From positions 21,390 through 85,389 of the forward strand of contig JAEEQA010000002.1 in the NCBI GenBank assembly GCA_016285085.1: 64,000 bases of DNA. Reading direction: 5' to 3'. Below are positions 38,816-47,729 of the stretch, one piece after another; position 1 is the stretch's first letter; each line of letters starts with the position of its first letter. Below the pieces are notes generated by a model. The model did not search any database. It saw only the letters and a list, made by a program, of their open reading frames with translations, and was not told where the DNA came from. The stretch is from Bacteroidales bacterium. Lineage in GTDB: Bacteria > Bacteroidota > Bacteroidia > Bacteroidales > WCHB1-69. The translations under genes were made by a program, and so were the position numbers.

Positions 38816-39385
38816 ATGGAAAGAAAGGTCATTGTTTTTTCCGCACCTTCCGGAGCCGGCAAAACCTCCATTGTCCGCTACCTTTTGGAGCAGAATCCCC
38901 AGCTCTCCTTTTCCATTTCCGCCACCACCCGCGCCAAACGCGAGATGGAGGTGGATGGCCGCGACTACTATTTCATTTCCGTCCCCGAATTTCAGAAACG
39001 CATTGAGAATGAAGCCTTTCTGGAATGGCAGGAGGTGTACAAGGGACAATACTATGGTTCCTTGAAATCGGAAGTGGACCGCCTCTGCGGCGAAGGCAAA
39101 GTGGTACTGTTCGATGTGGATGTACTTGGCGGACTGAACATTAAGAAATACTACAAGGACGAAGCCCTTGCTATTTTCGTACAACCGCCCACGTTGGAAA
39201 CCCTGAAGGAGCGGTTGATTGGCCGCGGCACCGAAACGCCCGAATCATTGAAGAAACGCTTGGACAAAGCGGAATATGAAATGTCGTTCGCACCCCAGTT
39301 TGACGTGATTCTGATCAACGACCAGTTGGAGGACGCCCGCAACGAAGCCACCCGTTTAATCCGCGACTTCCTATGCCAAAAATAG
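38816..39385 (+). CDS. gmk: guanylate kinase
   Basis: 189 aa. FSAPSGAGKTSIV, ATTRAKREMEVDGRDYYF. Confidence 0.93.
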   Translation: MERKVIVFSAPSGAGKTSIVRYLLEQNPQLSFSISATTRAKREMEVDGRDYYFISVPEFQKRIENEAFLEWQEVYKGQYYGSLKSEVDRLCGEGKVVLFDVDVLGGLNIKKYYKDEALAIFVQPPTLETLKERLIGRGTETPESLKKRLDKAEYEMSFAPQFDVILINDQLEDARNEATRLIRDFLCQK

Positions 39386-39963
39386 GTCTTTTCTTCGGTT
39401 CATTCAATCCTATCCATATTGGCCATCTTATTATGGCTGAATATTTTGTGGAAAACACCGATTTGAAGGAAGTGTGGTTTGTGGTGTCGCCGAACAGTCC
39501 CATGAAAAAGAAAGAGTCGCTGTTGAGCGAGCACCAGCGGTTGTATATGGTCAACCTTGCGGTGGAGGACGACGCCCGCTTCCGTTCCTGCGACATCGAG
39601 TTCCATCTCTCGCTCCCCTCCTACACCTGCCACACGCTGGTGCATCTGCAGGAAAAATACCCCGACAAGGAGTTCGTGCTGATTATGGGGGAGGACAACC
39701 TGGAGACGATTGAGAAGTGGAAAAACTACGAGTTCATTTTGGAGAACTTCTCCATATATGCCTATCCCAGAATTGGTTCCGACGGCGGAAAGTACAAAAA
39801 CCATCCGCATGTGAAGTTCGTGGACGCCCCCTATATCGGGATTTCCGCCACGATGATCCGGAACGGCATCGCCGAAGGGAAAACCATGCACTACTTTATG
39901 CATCCGAAAGTGGCGCAGTTCATTGACGAGATGCGCCTCTATACCAAAAAGAAACCATTATGA
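39373..39963 (+). CDS. nadD: nicotinate-nucleotide adenylyltransferase
   Basis: 196 aa. [22 protein letters not shown]. Confidence 0.9.
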   Translation: MPKIGLFFGSFNPIHIGHLIMAEYFVENTDLKEVWFVVSPNSPMKKKESLLSEHQRLYMVNLAVEDDARFRSCDIEFHLSLPSYTCHTLVHLQEKYPDKEFVLIMGEDNLETIEKWKNYEFILENFSIYAYPRIGSDGGKYKNHPHVKFVDAPYIGISATMIRNGIAEGKTMHYFMHPKVAQFIDEMRLYTKKKPL

Positions 39964-40754
39964 AACAGTACCTTGACCTATTGCAAACCATTCTGAATGA
40001 GGGACATGAAAAATCCGACCGCACCGGCACCGGCACGGTCAGCATTTTCGGGTATCAGATGCGGTTCAATCTGCAGGAGGGCTTCCCCCTGCTGACAACC
40101 AAAAAGTTGCACCTCCGTTCCATCATTTACGAACTGCTGTGGTTCCTGCAGGGCAACACTAATGTCGCCTATCTGCACGACCACAAGGTGACGATTTGGG
40201 ACGAGTGGGCCGACCCGAACGGCGACCTCGGTCCCATTTACGGCAAGCAGTGGCGTTCGTGGGCCTGTGCCGACCACCGCACCGTTGACCAAATCTCGCA
40301 GGTACTCAATGATATACAGAAAAATCCCGACTCGCGCCGGCTGATTGTGAGTGCGTGGAATGTGGGCGAAATTGAGAAAATGGCACTGCCCCCCTGCCAT
40401 GTGATGTTCCAGTTCTACGTTTGCAACGGCGAGTTGTCGTGCCAGCTGTACCAGCGCAGTGCCGACGTGTTCCTCGGCGTACCGTTCAACATCGCTTCCT
40501 ACGCCCTCCTCACCCTGATGATGGCGCAGGTGACCGGCCTCAAGCCCGGCAGTTTCATCCATACCCTCGGCGACGCCCACCTCTATTCCAACCATCTGGA
40601 ACAGGCACGGTTGCAACTCACCCGCGAGCCCCGGAAGCTGCCCGTGATGAAGCTGAACCCCGCCGTGAAATCGTTGTTTGATTTCCAATACGAGGATTTC
40701 ACCCTTGAAGGGTACGACCCGCACCCGCACATCAAAGCCGACGTTTCGGTGTAG
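39960..40754 (+). CDS. thyA: thymidylate synthase
   Basis: 264 aa. [31 protein letters not shown], catalytic-region motifs. Confidence 0.97.
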   Translation: MKQYLDLLQTILNEGHEKSDRTGTGTVSIFGYQMRFNLQEGFPLLTTKKLHLRSIIYELLWFLQGNTNVAYLHDHKVTIWDEWADPNGDLGPIYGKQWRSWACADHRTVDQISQVLNDIQKNPDSRRLIVSAWNVGEIEKMALPPCHVMFQFYVCNGELSCQLYQRSADVFLGVPFNIASYALLTLMMAQVTGLKPGSFIHTLGDAHLYSNHLEQARLQLTREPRKLPVMKLNPAVKSLFDFQYEDFTLEGYDPHPHIKADVSV

Positions 40755-40816
40755 GGTACAGGGTACAGGGGATAGGGTACAGGGGACAGGGGACAGGGGA
40801 CAGGGGACAGGGGACA
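40754..40816 (+). repeat. heptad array GGGTACA x2, GGGGATA, GGGTACA, GGGGACA x5 (G-quadruplex-type motif)
   Basis: 9 units starting on the last base of the thyA stop codon. Nine consecutive G3-4 runs with 3-4-nt spacers. Confidence 0.9.
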
Positions 40817-40819
40817 GTT

Positions 40820-40861
40820 CCCCTTCTTTGAAGAAGGGGTGCCCGAAGGGCGGGGTAGTAG
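40820..40861. repeat. double-hairpin REP-like element, opposite orientation
   Basis: CCCCTTCTTTGAAGAAGGGGTGCCCGAAGGGCGGGGTAGTAG. Confidence 0.8.
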
Positions 40862-40869
40862 AATACAGC

Positions 40870-40899
40870 AGAAGGGGTGGCCGTAGGCCGGGGTAGTAG
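40870..40899. repeat. partial double-hairpin element, opposite orientation
   Basis: AGAAGGGGTGGCCGTAGGCCGGGGTAGTAG is the reverse complement of the 10734 copy core. Confidence 0.75.
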
Positions 40900-40968
40900 A
40901 ACACAATACCAACCTCGCCCCGTAAGGACAAAAGAAAATAGAATGAAATAATCAAAAACACCCATATT

Positions 40969-42186
40969 ATGAAATACCGTTTAGTTTGCAAAAAATGCGG
41001 CCACGTCATTCCGTCGTTCAAGGAGTGGTTTGCCGCCGATCAGGTTTGTCCCGAATGTGGAAGCAATTATGTGGAAGTCAGTTACAACGCTGACTATTCC
41101 AAATTGAAGGAGTTGTACAAAGAAGATGCTGCCAATTTCTGGCACTATTTCGACTACCTTCCGTTGGAGGACAAGGCCAACGAGATTACCTGTAACGAGG
41201 GGGCTATTCCGATGGAGGAGTGGGATTATCTGGAGAAGTTCGCCAAGGAGCAGTACGGCATCGACTGCAAGGTGATGGTGTACCGCAACGACCTCAACGG
41301 CGGCACCAACACCTTCAAGGATGTGGCGGCGGCGTTGGCGGCATCCGTGATGAAGGAGAACGGCATTAAGGAGTACTGTGTGGCCTCTACGGGCAACACG
41401 GCCACGGCCTTCAGCAAGTACTTGGCGAAGGCGGGCATCCGGCTGAGTGTGTTCGTGCCGAACTGCGTGTGCGAGGACACGGTGAAGGAGATCCGTTCCT
41501 ACGGCCAGAACCTCGTGATTTCGGAAGGAGACTATGGGGCGGCCAAGAAGGAAGCCGCTGATTACCACAAGAATAACCACGTCTTGATTTCCGGCGGCAA
41601 CATCGACCCGCTGCGGGTGGAGGCGAAGAAAACGATGGTGTTCGAGTTCATGCGCCAGATGGGACGGATGCCCGACGTGTATGTGCAGGCGGTGAGTGGC
41701 GGTACGGGCCCGATTGCCGTGGACAAGGGGGTGCGGGAGATACAGGACGTGTATCCCGAAGTGAAACTGCCGAAACTGCTTCTGGTGCAGCAGGATACGT
41801 GCGACCCGATGGTGCAGGGCTGGGAGAATGCGGTAAAGGCCGGTTTTCCGGAAGGCTACGAGAAAAACTTCCCCTCCATTCCGAACCCGCAGACGATGGT
41901 GTCGATTCTTTCGACGGGCACGCCGGGTATGTTCCCGATTGTGGCTCCGATCGTGCGGAAGAGCGGCGGCGGCTTTCTGCGTGTAAAAGAAGCTGATTTG
42001 GTGAACATTGCGCGTATTGCGTACAAGGAGCGGAACGTGTTGCTCGGCCCCGCCGCCGCCGTATGTTTGGCCGGTTTCTACGAGGCGTTGAAGGAGGGCA
42101 AGATCCAGAACGGGCAGACCGTACTGGTGAACACCGGCGAGGGTGCCGACCGTGCCCGGCAGTTCGCCGCCGAGGTGAAAGGGTGA
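40969..42186 (+). CDS. threonine-synthase-like PLP-dependent enzyme (possibly cysteate-synthase-like)
   Basis: 405 aa. N-terminal zinc ribbon CKKCGH...CPECGS. PLP-lysine context TNTFKD. ASTGNTATAF. The subfamily assignment is not resolved from sequence reading alone. Confidence 0.65.
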   Translation: MKYRLVCKKCGHVIPSFKEWFAADQVCPECGSNYVEVSYNADYSKLKELYKEDAANFWHYFDYLPLEDKANEITCNEGAIPMEEWDYLEKFAKEQYGIDCKVMVYRNDLNGGTNTFKDVAAALAASVMKENGIKEYCVASTGNTATAFSKYLAKAGIRLSVFVPNCVCEDTVKEIRSYGQNLVISEGDYGAAKKEAADYHKNNHVLISGGNIDPLRVEAKKTMVFEFMRQMGRMPDVYVQAVSGGTGPIAVDKGVREIQDVYPEVKLPKLLLVQQDTCDPMVQGWENAVKAGFPEGYEKNFPSIPNPQTMVSILSTGTPGMFPIVAPIVRKSGGGFLRVKEADLVNIARIAYKERNVLLGPAAAVCLAGFYEALKEGKIQNGQTVLVNTGEGADRARQFAAEVKG

Positions 42187-42209
42187 GGATGCGGGGATGC
42201 GAGGGCAAT

Positions 42210-43025
42210 TTATTTTGTATTTTGAAACACAGAAGGGTTCCACTTTTGTAAGTTTTGCAGAACCTCGTATGTAGGGCTACTGCTGTAAGGCAGGCATCTT
42301 TTTTCACCGTTAAGAGTCATATAAACGTTGCGTGTGGTATAGTTTACAATATGGCTGTACATTATGACGCATCGTCGGTTGATGCGCAGATAGGATTTAG
42401 GAGGCAGTAATTTTTCAATTTCAGAAAAAGTCCTTTCCTGAATATAGGTATCGGAATCAGCAAAGATAGTAACTTCTCTTTTTCTGATTTCAAAAAAGGA
42501 AATTTCATCCAGTGAAATCTCATGGCTCGTATTGGAGCCGAGAAAAACAATTTTGCCTGTAAGACTGGATATATATTTTTCTCCTTTTTGCACCGCTTTT
42601 GCGCTTAACAAGTATAATTTATATAAGGTAGAAAACATTAGAAAACACCCGTTGCGCAATGTAACGGAAACATAGGTATCATACACGTACCAATAGTAGT
42701 TTGAGGTGGTTCCATACGGAAGCACGCAGTTGCGGATATGGTCGATACAAAAAAGTTCCTCAATGCAAGCTGTTACAAGTGCAAGCGCCACGCATATCAT
42801 GCAATATAATAATTTTTTGTTCTTTAGCCATAATTTGGGAATCAGGACAAAAATATTGGTATAAACAATCCCTATGATAAGCAGGTAACAGATTAATACG
42901 TAAGTAATGCTCATTTTAGGTCGCAGGAGGGCGGTATGGAGAAACCTTCCTAAAACAATTATCCAAAAGAACACATGGGCAATAATCTCCACAACGGTTT
43001 TGGCATTTATTTTTTTGTTCATCAT
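42210..43025 (-). CDS. membrane-anchored LytTR-domain regulator
   Basis: 271 aa. About 4 N-terminal TM helices, then LytTR (ISLDEISFFEIRKREVTIFADSDTYIQERTFSEIEKLLPPKSYLRINRRCVIMYSHI). AT-rich. Confidence 0.75.
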   Translation of the reverse strand: MMNKKINAKTVVEIIAHVFFWIIVLGRFLHTALLRPKMSITYVLICYLLIIGIVYTNIFVLIPKLWLKNKKLLYCMICVALALVTACIEELFCIDHIRNCVLPYGTTSNYYWYVYDTYVSVTLRNGCFLMFSTLYKLYLLSAKAVQKGEKYISSLTGKIVFLGSNTSHEISLDEISFFEIRKREVTIFADSDTYIQERTFSEIEKLLPPKSYLRINRRCVIMYSHIVNYTTRNVYMTLNGEKRCLPYSSSPTYEVLQNLQKWNPSVFQNTK

Positions 43026-43251
43026 CGATGCTGTTCTAAAACAGTTGCAATAATACGAAAATGTTTATTAAAAAGGCAGGAGTATGTTTCTTTTCATCCC
43101 CAAAGGGCACTATTAAAAAAAGCCCCTGAATTTTTGGGACGTAATTGGGATTGATTTGGGACGAAATTGGGGAAGATGAAATCACAAATCATTATTATTC
43201 AAATAAATGTAAACTTTTGTAAAAAATTTTTGGTATTATTCAAAACGCAAT

Positions 43252-43259
43252 TAACTTTG
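43252..43259 (+). promoter_or_regulatory. -7 box TAACTTTG (Cys-rich lipoprotein 43327)
   Basis: TAnnTTTGCAGCG, ~68 nt before the ATG. Confidence 0.45.
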
Positions 43260-43326
43260 CAGCGACAAAATTCATGTTTTTGTTCAAACACTGTACAATC
43301 ATTATTAATTTCAAAATTTATCACAA

Positions 43327-43848
43327 ATGAAAACAATTTTTTTATCAAAGACATTGCCTGTCATGATGACGTTATGCATGACATTTCTTCTTTTCACTGC
43401 CTGTGAAAAAAGGCAAGCGGGAGAAAATCTTTACGACCACACGGCCCAATTGATTCCTGACAATCGTAAGACAGGATCTTTGTATAGTATCAATACAAGT
43501 TGTGGCCACACAGCCTCGCAATGTCCCAATGGATGTATTCATACTCCGAGTGGCAGTTTTCATGTTGATTGTCAGGGATGGGGTAATACGTGTGCGAAAG
43601 TAGCTTCTCTCTATGTTGTTTCTGTTTCCGGTGGTCTTTACACGGCGACGACGCAGGACAGCACCGACCTGACGAGCGAGGAGTTCTTCAATATGCCGGC
43701 GCGGTCGTTGTATACGGGTTTGGACAATTCAGGTGCCCCCCGCTGGCTCAACATTCCGGCGCAGTTCTCCATCCGCGACAGCGTCACCCGTCTCTTCACT
43801 TTCAACGGTGTCTATTTTACCCAGCAGCAGGTGTATAAGAACCAATAG
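43327..43848 (+). CDS. Cys-rich lipoprotein, hypothetical
   Basis: 173 aa. Lipobox LLFTAC. Six Cys in NTSCGHTASQCPNGCIHTPSGSFHVDCQGWGNTC. Confidence 0.6.
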   Translation: MKTIFLSKTLPVMMTLCMTFLLFTACEKRQAGENLYDHTAQLIPDNRKTGSLYSINTSCGHTASQCPNGCIHTPSGSFHVDCQGWGNTCAKVASLYVVSVSGGLYTATTQDSTDLTSEEFFNMPARSLYTGLDNSGAPRWLNIPAQFSIRDSVTRLFTFNGVYFTQQQVYKNQ

Positions 43849-43890
43849 TACTGAAATGCAAGGATGCGATTATACGATGAAACTATAACG

Positions 43891-43918
43891 TAGAAAGTAA
43901 TAGGTAAAAAGTAAAAGG
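43891..43918 (+). repeat. heptad array TAGAAAG TAATAGG TAAAAAG TAAAAGG
   Basis: Between the 43327 gene and leader copy A. Same word family as 14731. Confidence 0.7.
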
Positions 43919-43944
43919 TTTCCAACGCACGCCCCCTCTTTCAG

Positions 43945-44109
43945 ACCTCCTACTTGTTACCTATCACCTTTTATGAACCCTCCGATTAGCCGCCATACTA
44001 CGACAAAACTACCTAAAGAAAACCTTCACATCTTCACACCTTCACTTCTTAGTTTCTTAACTCCTTAACTCTAAACTTTAGACTTTAAACTTTTAAATCC
44101 AAAATAATT
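43945..44109 (+). repeat. G-depleted leader module, copy A (ends at ATG 44110)
   Basis: Hand-aligned with copies B and C. ACCNNNN heptads, core CCGATTAGCCGCCATACTA, then CTT-type heptads. Confidence 0.85.
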
Positions 44110-45708
44110 ATGAAAACCACCCAAACCCTTCTCAAATCCTTTCTCCTTCTGTCGCTGCTGATAGTGACGGGAGGAACGATGTGTGGCCAGCATATTGTGT
44201 ATGAGCCGTACGATTTTCGGCAGGTGAACGCCGATGGCGACACCCTCTATTACCGTATAACTTCCTATACAGAACCTTACACCGTGGCGGTGACCCGCTG
44301 CCACGACTCCACTTACCATCTGTTACCCCAGCCCAGTTATGAATGGCAGATTGGGCAGCCAGGATTCGCTTATCCAGTCTATGACTATGATTCGCTCATC
44401 AACATACCTCCGACCGTTACGTACGACGATGTGATATACACAGTGACAGCCATTGACATTGAGGCTTTTTATAACCAAAAAGGAATAAGTGTAGTGAATT
44501 TGCCATCCACCATTGAAACCATTGATTCGGCTGCCTTTTATCTGTCATCATTGACAGAAATTTCGTTGCCAGAAAATTTGCGATCGATAAAATATGAAGC
44601 ATTTCTTCGCACACCAATTAGTGAAATACACCTACCCCAATCCTTATCGCATATTGGAGCTTTAGCTTTTGCTCACACTAATATTTCAGAGGTTGACTTA
44701 CCCAGTGGCGTTGATACATTACGGTATCTGGCTTTTTGCGGATGTCCTATTGAAAAAATCACCTTGCCGGAAGGTCTTGTCGTTATAGAAGAGAGGGCTA
44801 TTACATGCGAGTACTTGGACACGCTCATTTTCCCGAGCAGTTTGAAATGTGTTGGCTCTTTATTTAGAAGCATATCCTCGAATTTTGATAATTTCACGGA
44901 ATGGAATCAATTAAAATATGTGAAATTCACAAATGGGCCAGAACCCTTGTCGCTTGGCAAGCGTTGTTTGGCCGGATGCCCTCATTTGGAGACATTGATA
45001 CTCTCTGACAATATAGTAAGTTTTGGTGAGGAATGCTTTTCTTACAGCACTATTGACACGATGGTGATACCTCAAAATGTCAGAATGATACCAGGCCATT
45101 GTTTTTTTCATTGTGATTCATTACGGAGTGTTATTTTCCCTGAACACCTTGACACTATATCCCATTATGCATTTTCTTTTTGTCCATTATTGGAATCCAT
45201 TGTTCTCCCTAATGATTTAAAATACATAGGAGGATATGCATTTAATGCCTATAATGGAGATTCTATCGGAGTGAAAGAGATTCGTGTTCTTAGTGAGGAA
45301 CCGCCTGTATTACATTGTAATAATTATGTATTTCCTCGGATTTGGCCCATAATGTGCACAATCCCTTGTGGAACTTTATCCGATTATCAGAATAGCATTT
45401 GGGGTGCTGTTTATACAAATTTGTCTTTCTACGAAGATTGCGATGCTGTGGAGGAGCACACTGATTCTGAAATTAGAATTTACCCCAATCCCGTAAGCGA
45501 TGTGATTTATATAGAGCTGTTAGAACAAAAGGAGAATACAAACAAACAGGCGTCTGTCTATACTATTACAGGCCAAATGATTGATTCATATATTTTTAAT
45601 TCTCATGATTTTGAAATCAACTTGCAGGATTATCCAAGCAGTGTTTATATTCTTAAGGTGACCGACAACTCGGGAATATTTTTACAGGAAAAAATCATAA
45701 AACAATAA
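44110..45708 (+). CDS. BspA-type leucine-rich-repeat surface protein with T9SS C-terminal sorting domain
   Basis: 532 aa with a signal peptide. Repeated ~22-aa LRR units (IxxxAFxxCxxLxxIxLPxxL). C-terminus IRIYPNPVSDVIYIEL...VYTITGQMI...SVYILKVTDNSGIFLQEKIIKQ. Confidence 0.85.
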   Translation: MKTTQTLLKSFLLLSLLIVTGGTMCGQHIVYEPYDFRQVNADGDTLYYRITSYTEPYTVAVTRCHDSTYHLLPQPSYEWQIGQPGFAYPVYDYDSLINIPPTVTYDDVIYTVTAIDIEAFYNQKGISVVNLPSTIETIDSAAFYLSSLTEISLPENLRSIKYEAFLRTPISEIHLPQSLSHIGALAFAHTNISEVDLPSGVDTLRYLAFCGCPIEKITLPEGLVVIEERAITCEYLDTLIFPSSLKCVGSLFRSISSNFDNFTEWNQLKYVKFTNGPEPLSLGKRCLAGCPHLETLILSDNIVSFGEECFSYSTIDTMVIPQNVRMIPGHCFFHCDSLRSVIFPEHLDTISHYAFSFCPLLESIVLPNDLKYIGGYAFNAYNGDSIGVKEIRVLSEEPPVLHCNNYVFPRIWPIMCTIPCGTLSDYQNSIWGAVYTNLSFYEDCDAVEEHTDSEIRIYPNPVSDVIYIELLEQKENTNKQASVYTITGQMIDSYIFNSHDFEINLQDYPSSVYILKVTDNSGIFLQEKIIKQ

Positions 45709-45721
45709 GGCAGAAAATCAT

Positions 45722-45729
45722 TACTTTTG
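45722..45729 (+). promoter_or_regulatory. -7 box TACTTTTG upstream of leader copy B
   Basis: TAnnTTTGCCGCC, 223 nt before ATG 45952. This implies the leader module is transcribed as a 5' UTR. Confidence 0.45.
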
Positions 45730-45782
45730 CCGCCTGAAACTCCAACTGCACCGAATGCACGCGGCGCGTTCCTGCAACCCAA

Positions 45783-45951
45783 ACTGAAAATTGTAAACCT
45801 CCTACCTGTCACCTATCACCTTTTACTACCCCACCGATAGCCGCCATACTATGACGGCACTACCAAAAGAGAACCTTCACTCCTTCACTTCTTAGTTTCT
45901 TCACTTCTTAACTCTAAACTATAGACTTTTAACTTTAAAACCCAAATAGTT
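45783..45951 (+). repeat. G-depleted leader module, copy B (ends at ATG 45952)
   Basis: Starts ACTGAAAATTGTAAACCTCCTACCTGTCACCTATCACC. Preceded by a -7 box at 45722. Confidence 0.85.
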
Positions 45952-46896
45952 ATGAAAAAAATTGCAATAACTTTTTTCTTTTATGTAGTCATTCTATCCA
46001 GCTACCCGCAAATATCAATTTGTAATAACCAAATATGGGCGTCTGATACAATTTCAAATAATTATATCGACGGACATATCTATTACTCGGCAGAAACACG
46101 GACTTTAACCCTTGATAACGCTCAAATAGATGTCCCATGGCCCAACGACGACCATATTACGGATGTATTGTTTCTGTCTGAATGTCAACTAGAGATACAC
46201 CTTATAGGTGAGAATACTATTTCAGGTATATTTCCAATTAATTTATTTCGTTCAAACTGTGTGATATCTGGTTCTGGGAAATTGATACTGAGGACATTGA
46301 ATTTCGTTCATTGTTGTAGCGTTAATTTTCAAGACACACTTACCACACTCTCTATCCAAAACAATGCAGAAGTAGAGTGTTATGCCTATAATGAATGGAA
46401 TACAGGTGCCGGATTCAGAGGACATGGATACGATTGGAATGATACGACTATAGCTCTTTCAGAACGAAGTACTGAATATGCAGGAAACGTATTCGTTAAT
46501 TCAGCTACGCTACGGATAAATGCTGACATGTGCATATATCGGTTGGCAGATTTACGACTGGACGGTTGTCATTTTTCCAGTCCGGAGAATGCTTATTTTG
46601 ATTCTGATCTTCACACAGTGGTCAGTTCGGAGCAAATGGTAACGGAGTATCTGGAAGTGTTGCCTGGGTCAGTGGGCATCCCAAATGTTCAGTTAGAGAC
46701 AGAACGTGCATGGGGAGCATTGGGGTCAATCCATATAGAAAATGTGTCGTATGGACAATCGGTAAAAATATACAATATAACGGGTCAGGAGATTTATCGA
46801 ACGAAGGCACATTCATCCAAAATCAAATTGGAAACCTCTCCTGGTATATATATTGTTCGATTCCAAAATCATAGTCAAAAAGTTGTAGTTTATTAA
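45952..46896 (+). CDS. secreted protein with T9SS C-terminal sorting domain
   Basis: 314 aa with a signal peptide. C-terminus IHIENVSYGQSVKIYNITGQEIY...SPGIYIVRFQNHSQKVVVY. Confidence 0.75.
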   Translation: MKKIAITFFFYVVILSSYPQISICNNQIWASDTISNNYIDGHIYYSAETRTLTLDNAQIDVPWPNDDHITDVLFLSECQLEIHLIGENTISGIFPINLFRSNCVISGSGKLILRTLNFVHCCSVNFQDTLTTLSIQNNAEVECYAYNEWNTGAGFRGHGYDWNDTTIALSERSTEYAGNVFVNSATLRINADMCIYRLADLRLDGCHFSSPENAYFDSDLHTVVSSEQMVTEYLEVLPGSVGIPNVQLETERAWGALGSIHIENVSYGQSVKIYNITGQEIYRTKAHSSKIKLETSPGIYIVRFQNHSQKVVVY

Positions 46897-46910
46897 AGGC
46901 CAGTACAATT

Positions 46911-47315
46911 ATGAGAAAAAGTATAGTTTTTATTGTCGTATTTTTGCTAATCACATTGATTTCCAAGGCACAGAGCGAATCTTATTACATTTATGATAAG
47001 GTGAGAATTTTAACAGAAAACGCTTCAATATATCATTTACAATTACAGCCCGGCCTCTCTGAAAGACAACAGTATATCATAGACAGTTTAGTTCGGGTTA
47101 ATTCATCTCAAGTCATTGTGACAGGGAATAATCATTATATCATTCAAGTTGACGACCACAATGCACAAAGAATAAAAAGAGAGATACTTTCATGCTCTAA
47201 TAGCATACTTTATTTCTCAAAAGAGTACCTATTTGCGCCGCACGAAGAACCAGTAGAAGGTAGGAAGTATAAAGTAGGAGGTCAATTCAACAGTTCAACA
47301 ATTCAACAACCATGA
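46911..47315 (+). CDS. small secreted protein, hypothetical (resembles the N-terminal pro-region of the nearby S8 peptidase)
   Basis: 134 aa. Signal peptide MRKSIVFIVVFLLITLISKAQ. Its 3' end overlaps the next gene by 4 nt. Confidence 0.55.
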   Translation: MRKSIVFIVVFLLITLISKAQSESYYIYDKVRILTENASIYHLQLQPGLSERQQYIIDSLVRVNSSQVIVTGNNHYIIQVDDHNAQRIKREILSCSNSILYFSKEYLFAPHEEPVEGRKYKVGGQFNSSTIQQP

Positions 47316-47719
47316 AAACAACCAACATTTTCCAAACCCTTCTGCTCGCGCTGTTGCTGGCGGCGGGAGAATTAGTATTAACAAACTGCGTTAAGCAGAA
47401 AAACTGTAAAATAACAAAAAAAACATTTTGTGTTGAAGGAATGCTTTTTTATATCTCTAAAGAAAAAGCATATATAGATGTCACTGATACAACACCTCAT
47501 GTAATTTTCGTTGAAGGAGATACAATTACTATGTACAACACCTGTAGGTGGACAATAGAGCCATCCGACATTCCCACAAAATATCAGGTTGACGGAATAG
47601 AAGTACGAGCCTCATTGCTGAACAAAGGAGTTGTGTTGGATTGGGTATCAGCAGGAGATAGCAGTAATGAGGCTGTTCTTGCCCCATACAGAGTGAAATG
47701 TATTGAATCAATAAAATAA
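47312..47719 (+). CDS. small lipoprotein, hypothetical
   Basis: 135 aa. MKTTNIFQTLLLALLLAAGELVLTNC. The N-terminus is related to those of the 44110 and 52162 genes. Confidence 0.55.
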   Translation: MKTTNIFQTLLLALLLAAGELVLTNCVKQKNCKITKKTFCVEGMLFYISKEKAYIDVTDTTPHVIFVEGDTITMYNTCRWTIEPSDIPTKYQVDGIEVRASLLNKGVVLDWVSAGDSSNEAVLAPYRVKCIESIK

Positions 47720-47729
47720 AATTAAAGCA

